A DNA stretch of 64,000 bases from assembly GCF_009914755.1 (NCBI RefSeq), contig NC_060935.1; one strand, 5' to 3'. Source of the DNA: the human T2T-CHM13v2.0 reference genome, Homo sapiens. Of this stretch, positions 1-14,539 are shown piece after piece. The notes under the pieces were generated by a model. The model saw only the letters and a program-made list of their open reading frames with translations. It made no database searches and had not been told where the DNA came from. The position numbers were made by a program, and so were the translations under genes. How positions within the stretch are numbered: position 1 is the stretch's first letter; each line of letters starts with the position of its first letter.

Positions 1-125
1 AGCCCGTCAACATGGAGAACCTTCCCATAAACAATGGGAGCGGCCAGTCCTACGGGCTTGTCCTGTATGAGAAGTCCATCTGCTCCGGAGGCCGCCTCCG
101 TGCCCACGCTCATGACATGGCACAG
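1..125 (+). CDS. GLB1L3: GLB1L3 coding exon, 5' end outside window (..PVNMENLPINNGSGQSYGLVLYEKSICSGGRLRAHAHDMAQ)
   Basis: GH35 motif; donor CAG|GTAGGG at 125/126; paralogous to GLB1L2 exon 13. Confidence 0.93.
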
Positions 126-451
126 GTAGGGCCAGCAGGCTGTCTGTGTGGGAAGCAAAGTGCATCACCTCCCCATGCTGTCGGGCAGGGTAGTTGACTG
201 AAGGATGCACGTTGCTGTTTGGTGACCTACTATATGGGAGGCATTGGGACTAAAAAGTCAGGCCAAATAGACTTGCTTTCTGCTTTATCACCACTGAGAG
301 TCTCTTGGGGCCTCCAGGCAGCTTCATGCCATCAGTGAGCACCACAGCTGGTCCCTGCCTTCATACTGACCTCCTTCTCCCGAAACCGCGGCCTCTCTTC
401 TCCCTTTCTTCGGGTGGGCCTAGCAGTCTGACGCCGGCTCTTCTTTTGCAG

Positions 452-523
452 GTGTTTTTGGATGAGACAATGATAGGGATTCTGAATGAGAATAATAAGG
501 ACCTGCACATTCCTGAACTCAGG
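452..523 (+). CDS. GLB1L3: GLB1L3 coding exon, 72 bp (VFLDETMIGILNENNKDLHIPELR)
   Basis: Acceptor ttcttttgcag, donor AGG|GTATGT; same length as GLB1L2 exon 14. Confidence 0.93.
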
Positions 524-1031
524 GTATGTAATTTGAGAGTCCAGGTGATGCCCTCGACCCCCCTCAAATGCAGACGGAGCCTGGTCCTGAGACAGTCGGC
601 CTCCCTTCTCCACCCCTGCTGCTGGTGCTGCTGCTCACCTGGGGCGGCGGCAGGAAGTGTGCAGGGCTGGAAGCCAAAGTGCCTCCCAGGCCCTGGCCCC
701 TCAGGAGCTACCGCATGTGTGCTGGAGGGGAGGGGATTTCCTCACCAAGTCCTGAGCCTGTCCTCAGCCCCTGGTTGGGTTTCTGTGCCTTTTGGAGTTG
801 GTTAAAGGTACAGCTGAGTCTCTCTGCCTTTCCTAGTAGGATCAGCAGAGGGGAAAGGGAAGATTGACTATAGGAACACAAGGCAGTCCTTAGGTGAAGG
901 GAAGACTGCTGGGCCCTGGAGCCTCCTGTTCTCCCATGTGTCTCTCCATGTGGGACTCAGTGAAAAAACGGGTTGTCGGGTAGACGCCCTCCATGGCTGC
1001 GTGGTCTCCATGACCTGGCCTGTCCCAGCAG

Positions 1032-1110
1032 GACTGCCGATACCTGAGGATCCTGGTGGAGAATCAAGGACGAGTCAATTTTTCATGGCAAATACAGAAT
1101 GAGCAGAAAG
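1032..1110 (+). CDS. GLB1L3: GLB1L3 coding exon, 79 bp (DCRYLRILVENQGRVNFSWQIQNEQK)
   Basis: LRILVENxGRVN GH35 motif; CAGCAG acceptor, AAG|GTGGGC donor. Confidence 0.93.
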
Positions 1111-1576
1111 GTGGGCTCTGGCTGTGGCTTCTCCTCAGTTGCTCAGAACCGAAGACCCGGGCTATGCACTGGAGTCGGGGGCGGGAGAGGGCGGGGAAAC
1201 CAGCCGCTCAGCAGTGGGCTACCCAGGCCCTGGGAGCAGAGATGCAAAATCGGCCCCTCGCCCTTGTCTTGCCTTCTCTGATCTCCAGGGCCAGAGGGTG
1301 GGGCCAGTGTGTTCGGTGCTGGCTTGTCCTCAAGCAGGGCCAGTCTCCTTTTGGGAATTTCAGGAAAAGTTCCAGTACTAAGTGGGGGAACTTTCTTGGT
1401 AGTGTGGAAACATACAGCTAGAACCCTTCAGTCACAGCAGGTCAGACAAATGTTTGCCCTCCTGGCTGTGCCCCTGTCCTAAGGCATGTACAAGTCTGCA
1501 TTGCTTTGTCCCAGATGCTAGAGAATATCCAGTCCTGGCTCATATTCTCTTTCCTGCCTCCCATCTGCATCTGCAG

Positions 1577-1664
1577 GAATAACTGGATCTGTCAGCATCA
1601 ATAACTCTTCCCTGGAGGGCTTTACCATCTATTCCCTGGAGATGAAAATGAGCTTCTTTGAGAG
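1577..1664 (+). CDS. GLB1L3: GLB1L3 coding exon, 88 bp (GITGSVSINNSSLEGFTIYSLEMKMSFFER)
   Basis: AG/GT boundaries keep frame; same length as GLB1L2 exon 16. Confidence 0.93.
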
Positions 1665-1965
1665 GTATGCTCCAGCTGGCCCCCAGTGCACACTTCAGTG
1701 ATCGGGGAACTCAGAGATTTCAGATTCCTCATTGCAGATAAAGAGTCCAAGATAGAGACTGAGTGATGTACTCCAGGCTGTTGGGTACTTCGGCGTCAGA
1801 ACTAGGGCCCTGGAACAAGTGTCCTGATTCTGATCTTAACGCATCTAGTCTACTCTATCTCATTGAAACAGAACCTTAGGCTTGGCCCACGCCACCTGGG
1901 GTGGGTACTGGGAACTGGGTTGGGAAGGGGACTTCTTCTCCCCCATGGCTTGGCCTTTCTTCCAG

Positions 1966-2077
1966 GCTCCGCTCTGCCACCTGGAAGCCTGTCCCAGACA
2001 GCCACCAGGGCCCGGCCTTCTACTGTGGGACCTTGAAGGCTGGCCCTTCTCCCAAGGACACCTTCCTGAGCCTGCTG
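1966..2077 (+). CDS. GLB1L3: GLB1L3 coding exon, 112 bp (LRSATWKPVPDSHQGPAFYCGTLKAGPSPKDTFLSLL)
   Basis: PAFY..DTFL GH35 C-terminal motif; AG/GT boundaries. Confidence 0.93.
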
Positions 2078-2499
2078 GTAGGTGATGCCCTCTGCTGCCC
2101 TGGTGTTCCAAACACCAATTTTATTTTTAAAGAGTCCTGAAGCAAAGCCAGCGTTCCTGGAGGAATACTTCCCTTTCTTCTTTTCCTCTTCTTCCTCATC
2201 TCCAACCAAGCCTTCCAACATTGATCAGTCTTCCTAATTTATCACTGTTCAGAGAATAACACATCAAAGCACAATTAAAAATTCAAACAATAACAAGAGG
2301 GAGAGAGCAAAGCATGAAGTTCGCCTTTGAACCCACCCCCATTCCAATTAGTCTCTGCTTCTCAGAACTCAACACTGCCAACAGTGGTACATTTTTATAT
2401 ATAACTTTGCCTGAACACACACGTACACAATTATTTTTACACTAATAGAATTGTACCATGTATTCTGAAGCTTGCCTTTTTTTTCTGTGTGGGGTGAGT

Positions 2500-5400
2500 T
2501 GGTAAGTTAGTTTTTACTTAGAATATCTTTTTCTGTATAAATACACATAGATAACATAAATGTACAAAATGTGAATGTACAGATCAACAAATGATCACAA
2601 AGTGAACACCATATAATTATCACTGAAAGTTAAAAATATTGTTGGCACCCCTCCCAACTGCTGCCTTGACTTCTAACACCCTAGGCCAGTGTCTCCTATT
2701 TTGACTTTATGTAAATGGAATCATACAGGGCATCTTTTTTAAATATGTTTTCTTTTGTTCAACATTGTGAGGTTCAGCCATTTATCGATGTTGCAGTGAT
2801 TTGTTCATTTTCACTGTTGTATTGGGTTCATTTAGTAAATACATTATAATAATTTATTTAACCATTTTACTTTTTCTGAACATTTGGATTATATCTAGGG
2901 CTTGTCTATGGTAAATAATTAAGACTTCGTTTGTGTTTATGTTCATAACTGAGATCTCTTTGTCAGGTTTTGGTGCCAATGTTTAGGGCTCTCATAAAGG
3001 ATTTAGGAAGGCGAATTTGTGTAAGACAAGTATCACTTCTTAAACATTTAATGGAGTTCATTAGTGAAGCCTTCTAGAGCTGGCATTTTCTTTTTGAAAA
3101 AGTGTGTGAGTGTGGATTCAATTATTGAAAGATTAAAGTACTATTCAGATTTTGTTTCTTTTAAAGTTAGCTTTGAGAAAATATATTTTTCTGGAAATTT
3201 TCCCATTTCATCTAAATTTTCAAATATATTGCCTTTAAAATATTCGTTTTTGATGTCTAGATCATTGGTAGTAACGTTCCCCTTGTCATTTGTTACAGGA
3301 TATCGATGCACTCTTTTTTCTTGATAATTCTCACCAGAACACTATCAATTTTATTAATTGTTCAAAGTACAGTGTTTGGCTATGACTCTTACTGTGTTAA
3401 GTATTTATTTTCTGATTCTGTCATTATCTTTATTATTTTGTTTATTCAATTTCTTAGTTTAGGATTAATTTGCTTTATTTTTATAATGTCTTGACATAGA
3501 TACTTAGATAATGGACTTTCAGTCTTTGTTCTTTTTAATTATATGAATTTAGGTTATTAATCATCATTTACGCATGGATTTGGTTGCATCCTCTAAGTTT
3601 TAAAAAGATTTTTTGAGGTAAAATTACATAACATAAAATTAGTTCTGTTAAAGTGAACGATTAAGTAGTCTTTCATGCCTTCACAATGCTATGCAGCCTC
3701 TATCTCCAGTTCCAGCACATTTTCATTATCCTATAAACATTGGGCAATTACTTCTCCATTTTCCCCTTCTCCCACCGCCTGGCAACAGCAATCTTTTTAT
3801 TATCTTTATGGATTTGCCTATATTGGAAATGACTCCCATACCTTTTTTTTTTTTACACGTAGAATAAGAATAAATTTAATGTATTTATTTTCATGACTGA
3901 AGAATTACATTCTTCAAAGCAAGAATTCAGAATGTACATAATTATAAGCCATATTTCATATCAGTGCATTATTTTTATATTATACTTTCTATTATATGGG
4001 TAATGGTTCATATTGAAATACAGAAAAAATAAGTTGTAAGACAAGCGATGTCTATATAGGAAGAGATGAATCATTTTAGTGTCTTATTAGTTGGATAATT
4101 GCTGCTTTAAGGTTGCCATGTTAGCCTAACAGTTTAATCATAACTATAAATTCTATCTAAAAAATAATAAAGGTTTCATAACAAACAGCTGATACTAAAG
4201 GTGAGCACTTCACCTGTAGGTGCTTCTCTGAAGGTGTCAAGTAGACTTCGGTATGTGCATTTTAGAATGTCTTAAAGATGATTTTGTAAGGAGCTGGCAG
4301 GCAAATTAAGCCCAACAAAAGAGAAGGTCTGCAAATTATCCTGCAGGTTAGGGCCAATCTTCTTGAGTCTGCTAGGAATTATAAAATACCTACTCTTGCT
4401 CTTTCACCTCTAAGTTTTAAGTTGGAATTTTACTTTTCCTTCATACGGCTGTGTGGATTGTTGAAGGTCACATGCTTCACAAGCACTTGCCCATAATGAC
4501 AACTTCCATGTTTTGGGGGACATTGAGAAGCTTCCCTGGGTCCAGAACTTTGCTATAGTAGGGCTGTGCTTTCTTCTCATATTAAGGCAAATAGTGTAGA
4601 CCGAAGGCGCCATTTGGCAGGTAGTATTCAACCTGAGGCACTGGATGTCCTGGAGGCAGTGTCCAGAAAGCTGCAGGCCACTCTGGGGGCCATGTTGTTG
4701 CCGGGGGGAAACTTGATGATCTTTACCAATCAGTTTATACTTTTTGTGGATTCTTGGTACTGTTTAAGTTCCTTTCTTTTCAAGTTGAAGGACTTCCTTT
4801 AGCACTTCTTGTAAAGCAGGTCTAGTGGCGATGAACTCCCTCAGTTTTTGTCTGGAAGTCTTTATCTCTTATTCATTTTTGAAAGACAGTTTTGCTGGAT
4901 GTAGTATTCTTGGTTGCCAGTTGATTTTTCTTTTAGCATTTTAAATATATCGGTCCATTCCACGCTAGCCTGCAAGGTTTCTGCTGAAAAATCTGCTGAT
5001 AGTCTTATACCCTACAAGTTTCTATCAATTTTATCATCATCATCAAAGAATTCAAATATTTTCCAACTTCCTTTGTCATTACTTGTTAGATTTATGGTTT
5101 ATTTAGAAGTGCTTTTCTTAATTTCCAAGAATTTGGATATTTTAGGGTTATCTTTTTTATCAGTTTCTTTCTTAAATGCATTATAGTCTGAGAAGTTTAT
5201 GTGAAGACTAGTTTAATACAGGATCAAGCTTGTAAATATTCTGAGGTATACTTGAAAGAATATGTGTATACTGTAGATGTTAGATCAATGTTCTATTATG
5301 TCAATTAGTTCAATTTTGTTAATCATCTTCTTTTAAATGTTTTATGTCTTTATTGATTGTTATTTGCTTTGCCTATTGACTATTGAAAGGTTGTATAAAA

Positions 5401-5800
5401 ATTTCCCGCTATGGTTGTAAATTTATTTATTTCTCTTCTGTCAATTTCGCTGATATGTTTTGAATCTCTGCTTTTATCTTTCTTATGTATGTTGTATATA
5501 CATTTTTGGTAAATTAAGAATTTTACCATCATGAAATGTCCCTCTTTATCTCTAATAATGCTTCTTGCCTTAAAGTATTATTTTTCTGAATATTAACAGA
5601 GCTATAGCAACTTCCTTTTGGTTAGGGTTTACATATCGTTATCCATTGTTTTTCTTTTATTTTTCCAATGCCTTATGTTTTTGATGCTTCTCTTATATGT
5701 AGCATATAACTACTTTATTTGAAATCAAGACCAGCAACCTTTGCCCTTTAATTTGAAGCATTTCAGAGACTCCAATTTTATGTGCTAGACTGTTTTGTTA
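2500..5800 (-). mobile_element. Old L1 (L1M-type) fragments, antisense, hosting the ATP4B retrocopy
   Basis: AT-rich sequence with recognisable antisense L1 ORF2 and 3'-end phrases; boundaries approximate. Confidence 0.7.
3843..4720 (-). pseudogene. ATP4B: 5'-truncated processed pseudogene of ATP4B (gastric H+/K+-ATPase beta subunit): exons 5-7, 3'UTR and poly(A)
   Basis: Minus strand, across frameshifts: [20 protein letters not shown] / [27 protein letters not shown] / [13 protein letters not shown] / HVTFNNPH / [11 protein letters not shown], matching the recalled ATP4B C-terminus; no introns; ATTAAA (3880-3875) and AATAAA (3889-3884); T12 at 3843-3854. Confidence 0.9.
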
Positions 5801-6266
5801 TATCCCAGAATAAGCAGGTGCCTCTAGTGGAAAAACTGCCTAGATGTCTCCTTGTCTCTCCATTTTCTTCTTCTAGATCTTGATCCTGTAATTCTTCATT
5901 ATATTGCAAGCAGATTTTTAAAAATGTGCAGCTTTTATATTAATAGCCACTGTCAGCAGTGGTGTTCATCACTATTACCTGATATTTATTTCTGGAAGTA
6001 GAAGATCTGCTTTTTAAAATATATAACATTATATATCACATAACAGGAACAATAGCAGCCTTACCATTAAAGGGTTGGTTCTATTTATGCTTTTCTCTTT
6101 CATTCCTAGACAGCAAGGTAGAAGTTCTATAACATATCCCACTCTAAACCCACCTCCATTTGAGTGCCATAAAGTATCTCAATCTTGCTCTCACTCTCCA
6201 AGTGCCTTAGGTTTTACCTTGCTAATGTGAACCAATTTCCAAATCTCAAGCCACCATTCCTTTCAG

Positions 6267-6383
6267 AACTGGAATTATGGATTCGTGTTCATCAATGGAC
6301 GTAACCTTGGGCGATATTGGAATATTGGGCCTCAGAAAACACTGTACCTTCCTGGAGTTTGGCTTCATCCAGAAGACAATGAG
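6267..6383 (+). CDS. GLB1L3: GLB1L3 coding exon, 117 bp ([39 protein letters not shown])
   Basis: INGxNLGRYWxIGPQxTLYLP GH35 motif; tttcag acceptor, GAG|GTATGT donor. Confidence 0.95.
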
Positions 6384-6512
6384 GTATGTCACTCCAGTCT
6401 CTGCCTTGAGATCTCATAAACTTTCAGATCAAAATGTGAGTTGCAGTGTCTTTTTCAACCTGTACTAAATAGGCTTCACCTTTCCCACTGTCAACCTTTC
6501 TTTTCTTCTCAG

Positions 6513-6890
<378 letters not shown>

Positions 6891-7179
6891 GTGAACATAT
6901 TTTTTGGGTTGCTGGAGTTCATCTATAAGTCATTTTTGAGGAATAAGATTTATGTTAAGACTATCAAACACAGTGTTGCCTACAATAGCAAAAATGTGAA
7001 AATAACAACAACAACAAAACAGCAGAGGAATTGTTATGTATTTTGTAGTCTATCTATATGATGCCTATTTTTAGGCTTTAAAAAGTCTTCAAAATCTTTA
7101 ATGACTGATTTATCTAGTTAAATGCTTAATCCTTAGCAGGCTCTTATTCTTTAATTAAACGTGCCTTTGAGTAGATGTG

Positions 7180-7190
7180 AATAAAATAAA
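7180..7190 (+). terminator. GLB1L3: Overlapping AATAAA poly(A) signals of GLB1L3
   Basis: aataaaataaa ~600 nt after the stop; ATTAAA also at 7154-7159. Confidence 0.7.
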
Positions 7191-7327
7191 AACAAGTTTC
7201 ATTTCTGCCTCCCATACTCAATTGAAGGGAAGGGAAAGGTCTGAAGCCTGGGGAAGAGTAAGGATACTGATTTCCTCATGCCAGAGAGAGTATTGCATGT
7301 ACTAATGGGCAAACTCACGGTCTCCCT

Positions 7328-7328
7328 C

Positions 7329-7393
<65 letters not shown>

Positions 7394-7411
7394 CATGTGT
7401 GTGTGTGTATG
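7328..7411. repeat. Compound microsatellite (CT)n(GT)n(GC)n(GT)n
   Basis: Directly visible. Confidence 0.95.
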
Positions 7412-9070
7412 TAGGAGTAGGGGAAAGGAGAGGGCAATGAACAATGTCTTTCATTTCCCTTCAACTATGTGTCTACAAGGTGACCCTGCATGTCACATCT
7501 AATCAGAGAAGGAACAGAAATTTGGTCATTTGCTTCAGACACGTGTGACAACAAAGCTAGCGCAGGGTTCTCTGTGTCTTCTTACTCCCTGTCTATCTGG
7601 CTATAGTCAAGGCTACTACTGATAGTGGGTAGGCATTAGTGAGATTAGCCACACACACATGAATATTCCAACCACTATGAAAAGCCAGTGGAGCCATTTG
7701 AAAAAAATGGCACCATTGGGAACCAAGCACTTTCTTATATACAAAACACAGCACTTGGCCTAAATTCAAACCAATGCACTATAAGCAAATCTTATCACCC
7801 TGTTAAATATAGTGCCTAGGGCTTTCAAGTAATTTAGTAAGTAATCTTGTGTCCAGAGGGAAGAGAACCCTCTGTTTGGATTGGAATGAAGATAAAGATG
7901 TCAGATTATCTTCTCTCCCACTAGTCTGAATGACTATTTCAATGGAGGAAACTTCTGTGAGATACCTCCACAATTCTACATAAAACTTTATTCTCTGGGG
8001 ATCTAGCCTCAAACCTATGAACTCTATAGAAACTGCAATGTAAAGGAGGGAAGCAGAACTAATAATCATAATGATCTTGAGTACATATTATATTTCAGGT
8101 GTAACATCTGCAACATCTAAACTTAACAACAACCATGCAACATATCCATTTTACAGATGAGAAACCAAGGTTCAAAGAGGTATTTGAAATCATGTCTCTC
8201 TGATTGGCACCTCCTCTTTCGCTACTACCTTAGTTCCACACGTATGCCAGTCTTTTCCAAATATGAATGCAAAAATGCTATTCAGAAGATATAATGCTTT
8301 CAGTGCACTTAGAGAAAAAGAGCTCACAACTTAGAATTCTTTACCCAGCAAAACTATTTTACAAGAAAAACAAAAAAAAAAAACAAAATATAGAACTTTC
8401 TGACAAACAAAAACCAAGAGAGTTATCATCAAAAGATCCCCACTAAATGATGTTCTGTAGCGGCCTTTCTCAATGTCCCATAAGAGAATTAAACACTGCA
8501 GAAAGTGTCTTCAGTGACTAGTTTCTCATTATATCATCTGGATGCATATTAGAGACGTTAACTCATTACATACTGTGGATGTCTTGGGGCATTACATCTT
8601 CACGCTCTCAGGGAACCACAGTTGAGAAGAAATTTCTAAAAGATATGCCACGAGCAGATGGAAAGTCTGACTTTTAAGAAAGAACGTGGAATCCAAGAAG
8701 GATGCTGACATATGTGAGAGTGAATATGGACAAACGTTAACTCCATAGAAATAGAGCCAATGTCTAACTTGAGGTAGCATCAGCATAAAACTCTAAGACC
8801 AGGCAAAAACACTGTGTAAAGCGAGAGGGATGTGATGGCCAAAAAGTGATCTAAGATTTCTGTAATTCTCAGATATTAACTTTAGACTTTGTTGAATATT
8901 CCTAGTTAATAAACTAAGCTTAATGTTTAAAGAATATACATAGAGCTTTTAACTTTCTAAAAAAATTAGGAGGATAAATAGAGTAAGAAAAAACAAACAA
9001 ACAAAATCCTCTAACCAATAAAAGACAAAAGATAGTAGAAGATAAAGAAGTAGAAAAATAAGTACAAGTA

Positions 9071-9560
9071 TAAATCATGCTGCTATAAAGACACATGCAC
9101 ACGTATGTTTATTGTGGCACTATTCACAGTAGCAAAGACTTGGAACCAACCCAAATGTCTATCAATGATAGACTGGATTAAGAAAATATGGCACATATAC
9201 TCCATGGAATACTATGCAGCCATAAAAAAGGAGGAGTTCATGTCCTTTGTAGGGACATGGATGAAGCTGGAAACCATCATTCTCAGCAAACTATCGCAAG
9301 GACAGAAAACCAGACCCTGCATGCTCTCACTCATAGGTGGGAATTGAACAATGAGAACACATGGACACAGGAAGGGGAACATCACACACTGGGGCCTGTC
9401 ATGGGGTGGGGGGAGTTGGGAGGGATAGCATTAGGACATACACCTAATGTAAATGAGGAGTTAATGGGTGCCGCACACCAACATGGCACATGTATACATA
9501 TGTAACAAACCTGCACGTTGTGCACATGTACCCTAGAACTTAAAGTATAATAAAAAAAAA
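9071..9560 (+). mobile_element. 5'-truncated primate L1PA 3' end with poly(A) and TSD, inside older L1 sequence
   Basis: ORF2 C-terminal remnant (ORF 9105-9347), L1PA 3'UTR, TSD aagtacaagta at 9060-9070 and 9561-9571. Confidence 0.93.
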
Positions 9561-10019
9561 AAGTACAAGTAGAAACACATATTAAGACAGTAGAATAAAT
9601 ACAGATATATCAGCAACCATAGTAAATTTTATAAATGCGCTAAACTCTAAACGGTAAAAATTGTCAGACATTATTTAAAGAAAACTATAAATATTTGAGT
9701 TTTACAAGAGATACACCTTTAACATAAAGATGCAATGATCGAAAGTCCAAGGATAAAAAATATGCTATGCAAATTCTAACTGAAGGAACTATAGTAACTG
9801 TATTAACATCAGGCAAGTAGACTTAAAGACAGAAGGTGTTACTAGGTATAGAGGGTTACCCATAGTAATGGAAATTCAATTCCTGAGAAAGATATACTAA
9901 TTTTGACTTGTTTTTGTCTGAAAATGTAGCTTCATAATATGTAAAGCAAACATTTCCAGATCTATATGTAGAAATAGAAAAATAAAAGTACCTTGAACTT
10001 GAGAAACGTTTGTTCTACT

Positions 10020-10795
10020 TAAAAAGTTGAGATACGATTCATATACCATAAAATTTTTCAAAATGAGTTGTAAACTCTTTTAAAGTCTACAATTCAGTAG
10101 TTTTTAGTAGGATATATTCACGAGATTGTACCAGCATCATCACCATCTGATCTAGAACATTTTCATCACTCCAGATAGCAGCCCTTAACCTGTCAGTAGT
10201 TACTCCTGATTCCCCTTTCCACCCAGCCCCTGGCAACTATGAATTTACTTTCTGTCTCTGTGGATTTGCCTATTCTGAACATTTTACGAAAGTGGAATCG
10301 AATATGTGACCCTTTGTGTTTGGCTTCTTTCATGTAGCTTAACGTTTTCAAGCTTCATGGATGCTGTAGCATGTATATTCTATCCTTTTTCATGGCTGAA
10401 TAATGTTCCATTGTATGGATACATAGCATTTTGTTTATCCATTCATCAGTGGATGATTATTTGAGTTGTTTCCACTTTTTGGATATTATGAATAATGCTA
10501 CTATGAATATTCATGCATAAGTTTTTGTGTGGTCGTATGTTTTCCATTCTCTTGGTTATATACCTGGAAGAGGAATTGCTGGGTCATACGGTAATTCTGT
10601 GTTTAACTTTTCCATAAAGCATTAAACTGTTTCCAAAGTGGCTGCAGCACTTTACAGTTCCCACCAACAAGGTATTAGGTTTCTAAGTTCGCCACATCCT
10701 CACCAACACTTGATTTTAAGCTCTCTTTTTGATTACAGCCATCCTAGTGAGTATGAAATGTTATCTCACTGTGGTTTTGATTTGCATTTCCCTAA
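10020..10795 (-). mobile_element. L1M (L1MB-like) 3' end, antisense
   Basis: Typical L1 3'-end phrases such as cccagcccctggcaac and gaattgctgggtcatacggtaattc. Confidence 0.8.
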
Positions 10796-10872
10796 AAACT
10801 TGTCCTCTTAAACATTGAATCCAAACATGTAACAATGAAGTCATGCAATTGGACTTTAAGATAACAAAAATT

Positions 10873-12120
<1,248 letters not shown>

Positions 12121-12876
12121 CTTTTAAAAGTGTTATTATAAATCTGTCTTTTGAAGTTGGATTAGTGAGAACATAATGTGCCTAATTTTTGCCGACCACT
12201 ATCGTTTTTTCTTTGTACCTTGTCTGTTCTTTGTTCTGTCTGAGCTGAAAATGATTTATCATAGATGTAGCTGCACATAATTTTGGAGATTTGCCTTCTC
12301 ATGAAATTTGAGGTGGCAAGAATCCCCAAAGAAGACTTTTTCTTCAAAGATTCATGGCCTGAATGATATTAAATAATAACAATAAATTTGGTATAAACCA
12401 CATTTTTATAAAAAACACATGCATGTTGTTTAGTGTAATAAATGGTACTCATCAAGCAATTCTAAAATGATAAAAATTGTGATATAACATAATCTTTATT
12501 GTGTTAATATATATTTATTACTTATACATTTAAATTTATAATTCATATGATATAAAATGTTTACATATTTTATACTACATTTTATATTTTAAAAACATAT
12601 TTTCTATACATTGTTGGCTTAAAGAGGATATCATATTCTTCCCAAAGTTATAAAGTTATAAAGCTAATATATGCTCTCCACATTCACATGAGCTGTCAAT
12701 CTGTTTCCTTAGGTGCTTCAACATTTGAAAATTCTTAATAATTGTTTTTGGACATTAAATCAACAGTTTTTATAATAATCAGTAATTGCTTTATTTCACT
12801 TTAACCTGCTGATAACATTTTAATGTTTCACTTTATGTTACATCTCAAATGCATACTTGCATTTCAAAGTGAGTAC

Positions 12877-13868
<992 letters not shown>

Positions 13869-14234
13869 TCTGATATTAACAACAAATTCCGGTGACACGC
13901 CTCACTCTCACATCTGGCAGGGTTACGACGTGGATTTGAAATTAACCTCAGTGATCACTCTGTTGTCAAGAGTTCAGTGAGGACTTAAACTATCTCATAT
14001 GCTCCAACCTAAAGCTAATCCCTTCACTTGGTCACCTTGTCCCTACACTTTACCTCCTCAAGGGTTTCACAACAGAAATTCTCTACGGTCTGTCCTACCT
14101 CACCAGTTTTGTCTGCTGATCAAGATCACTATCAGCATACAAGCATGCTGTAGTAGAAATGAAAATAGAACACAGCTCTTGATTCAGTTCCCTCTTCTGC
14201 CCCAGTTACCATCCCATTTATGTATTCCCTTTCT

Positions 14235-14536
<302 letters not shown>

Positions 14537-14539
14537 TAT

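Noticed and set aside
9105-9505. ORFs resembling a protein-coding gene
   Set aside because: L1 ORF2 C-terminus and 3'UTR of a truncated L1PA
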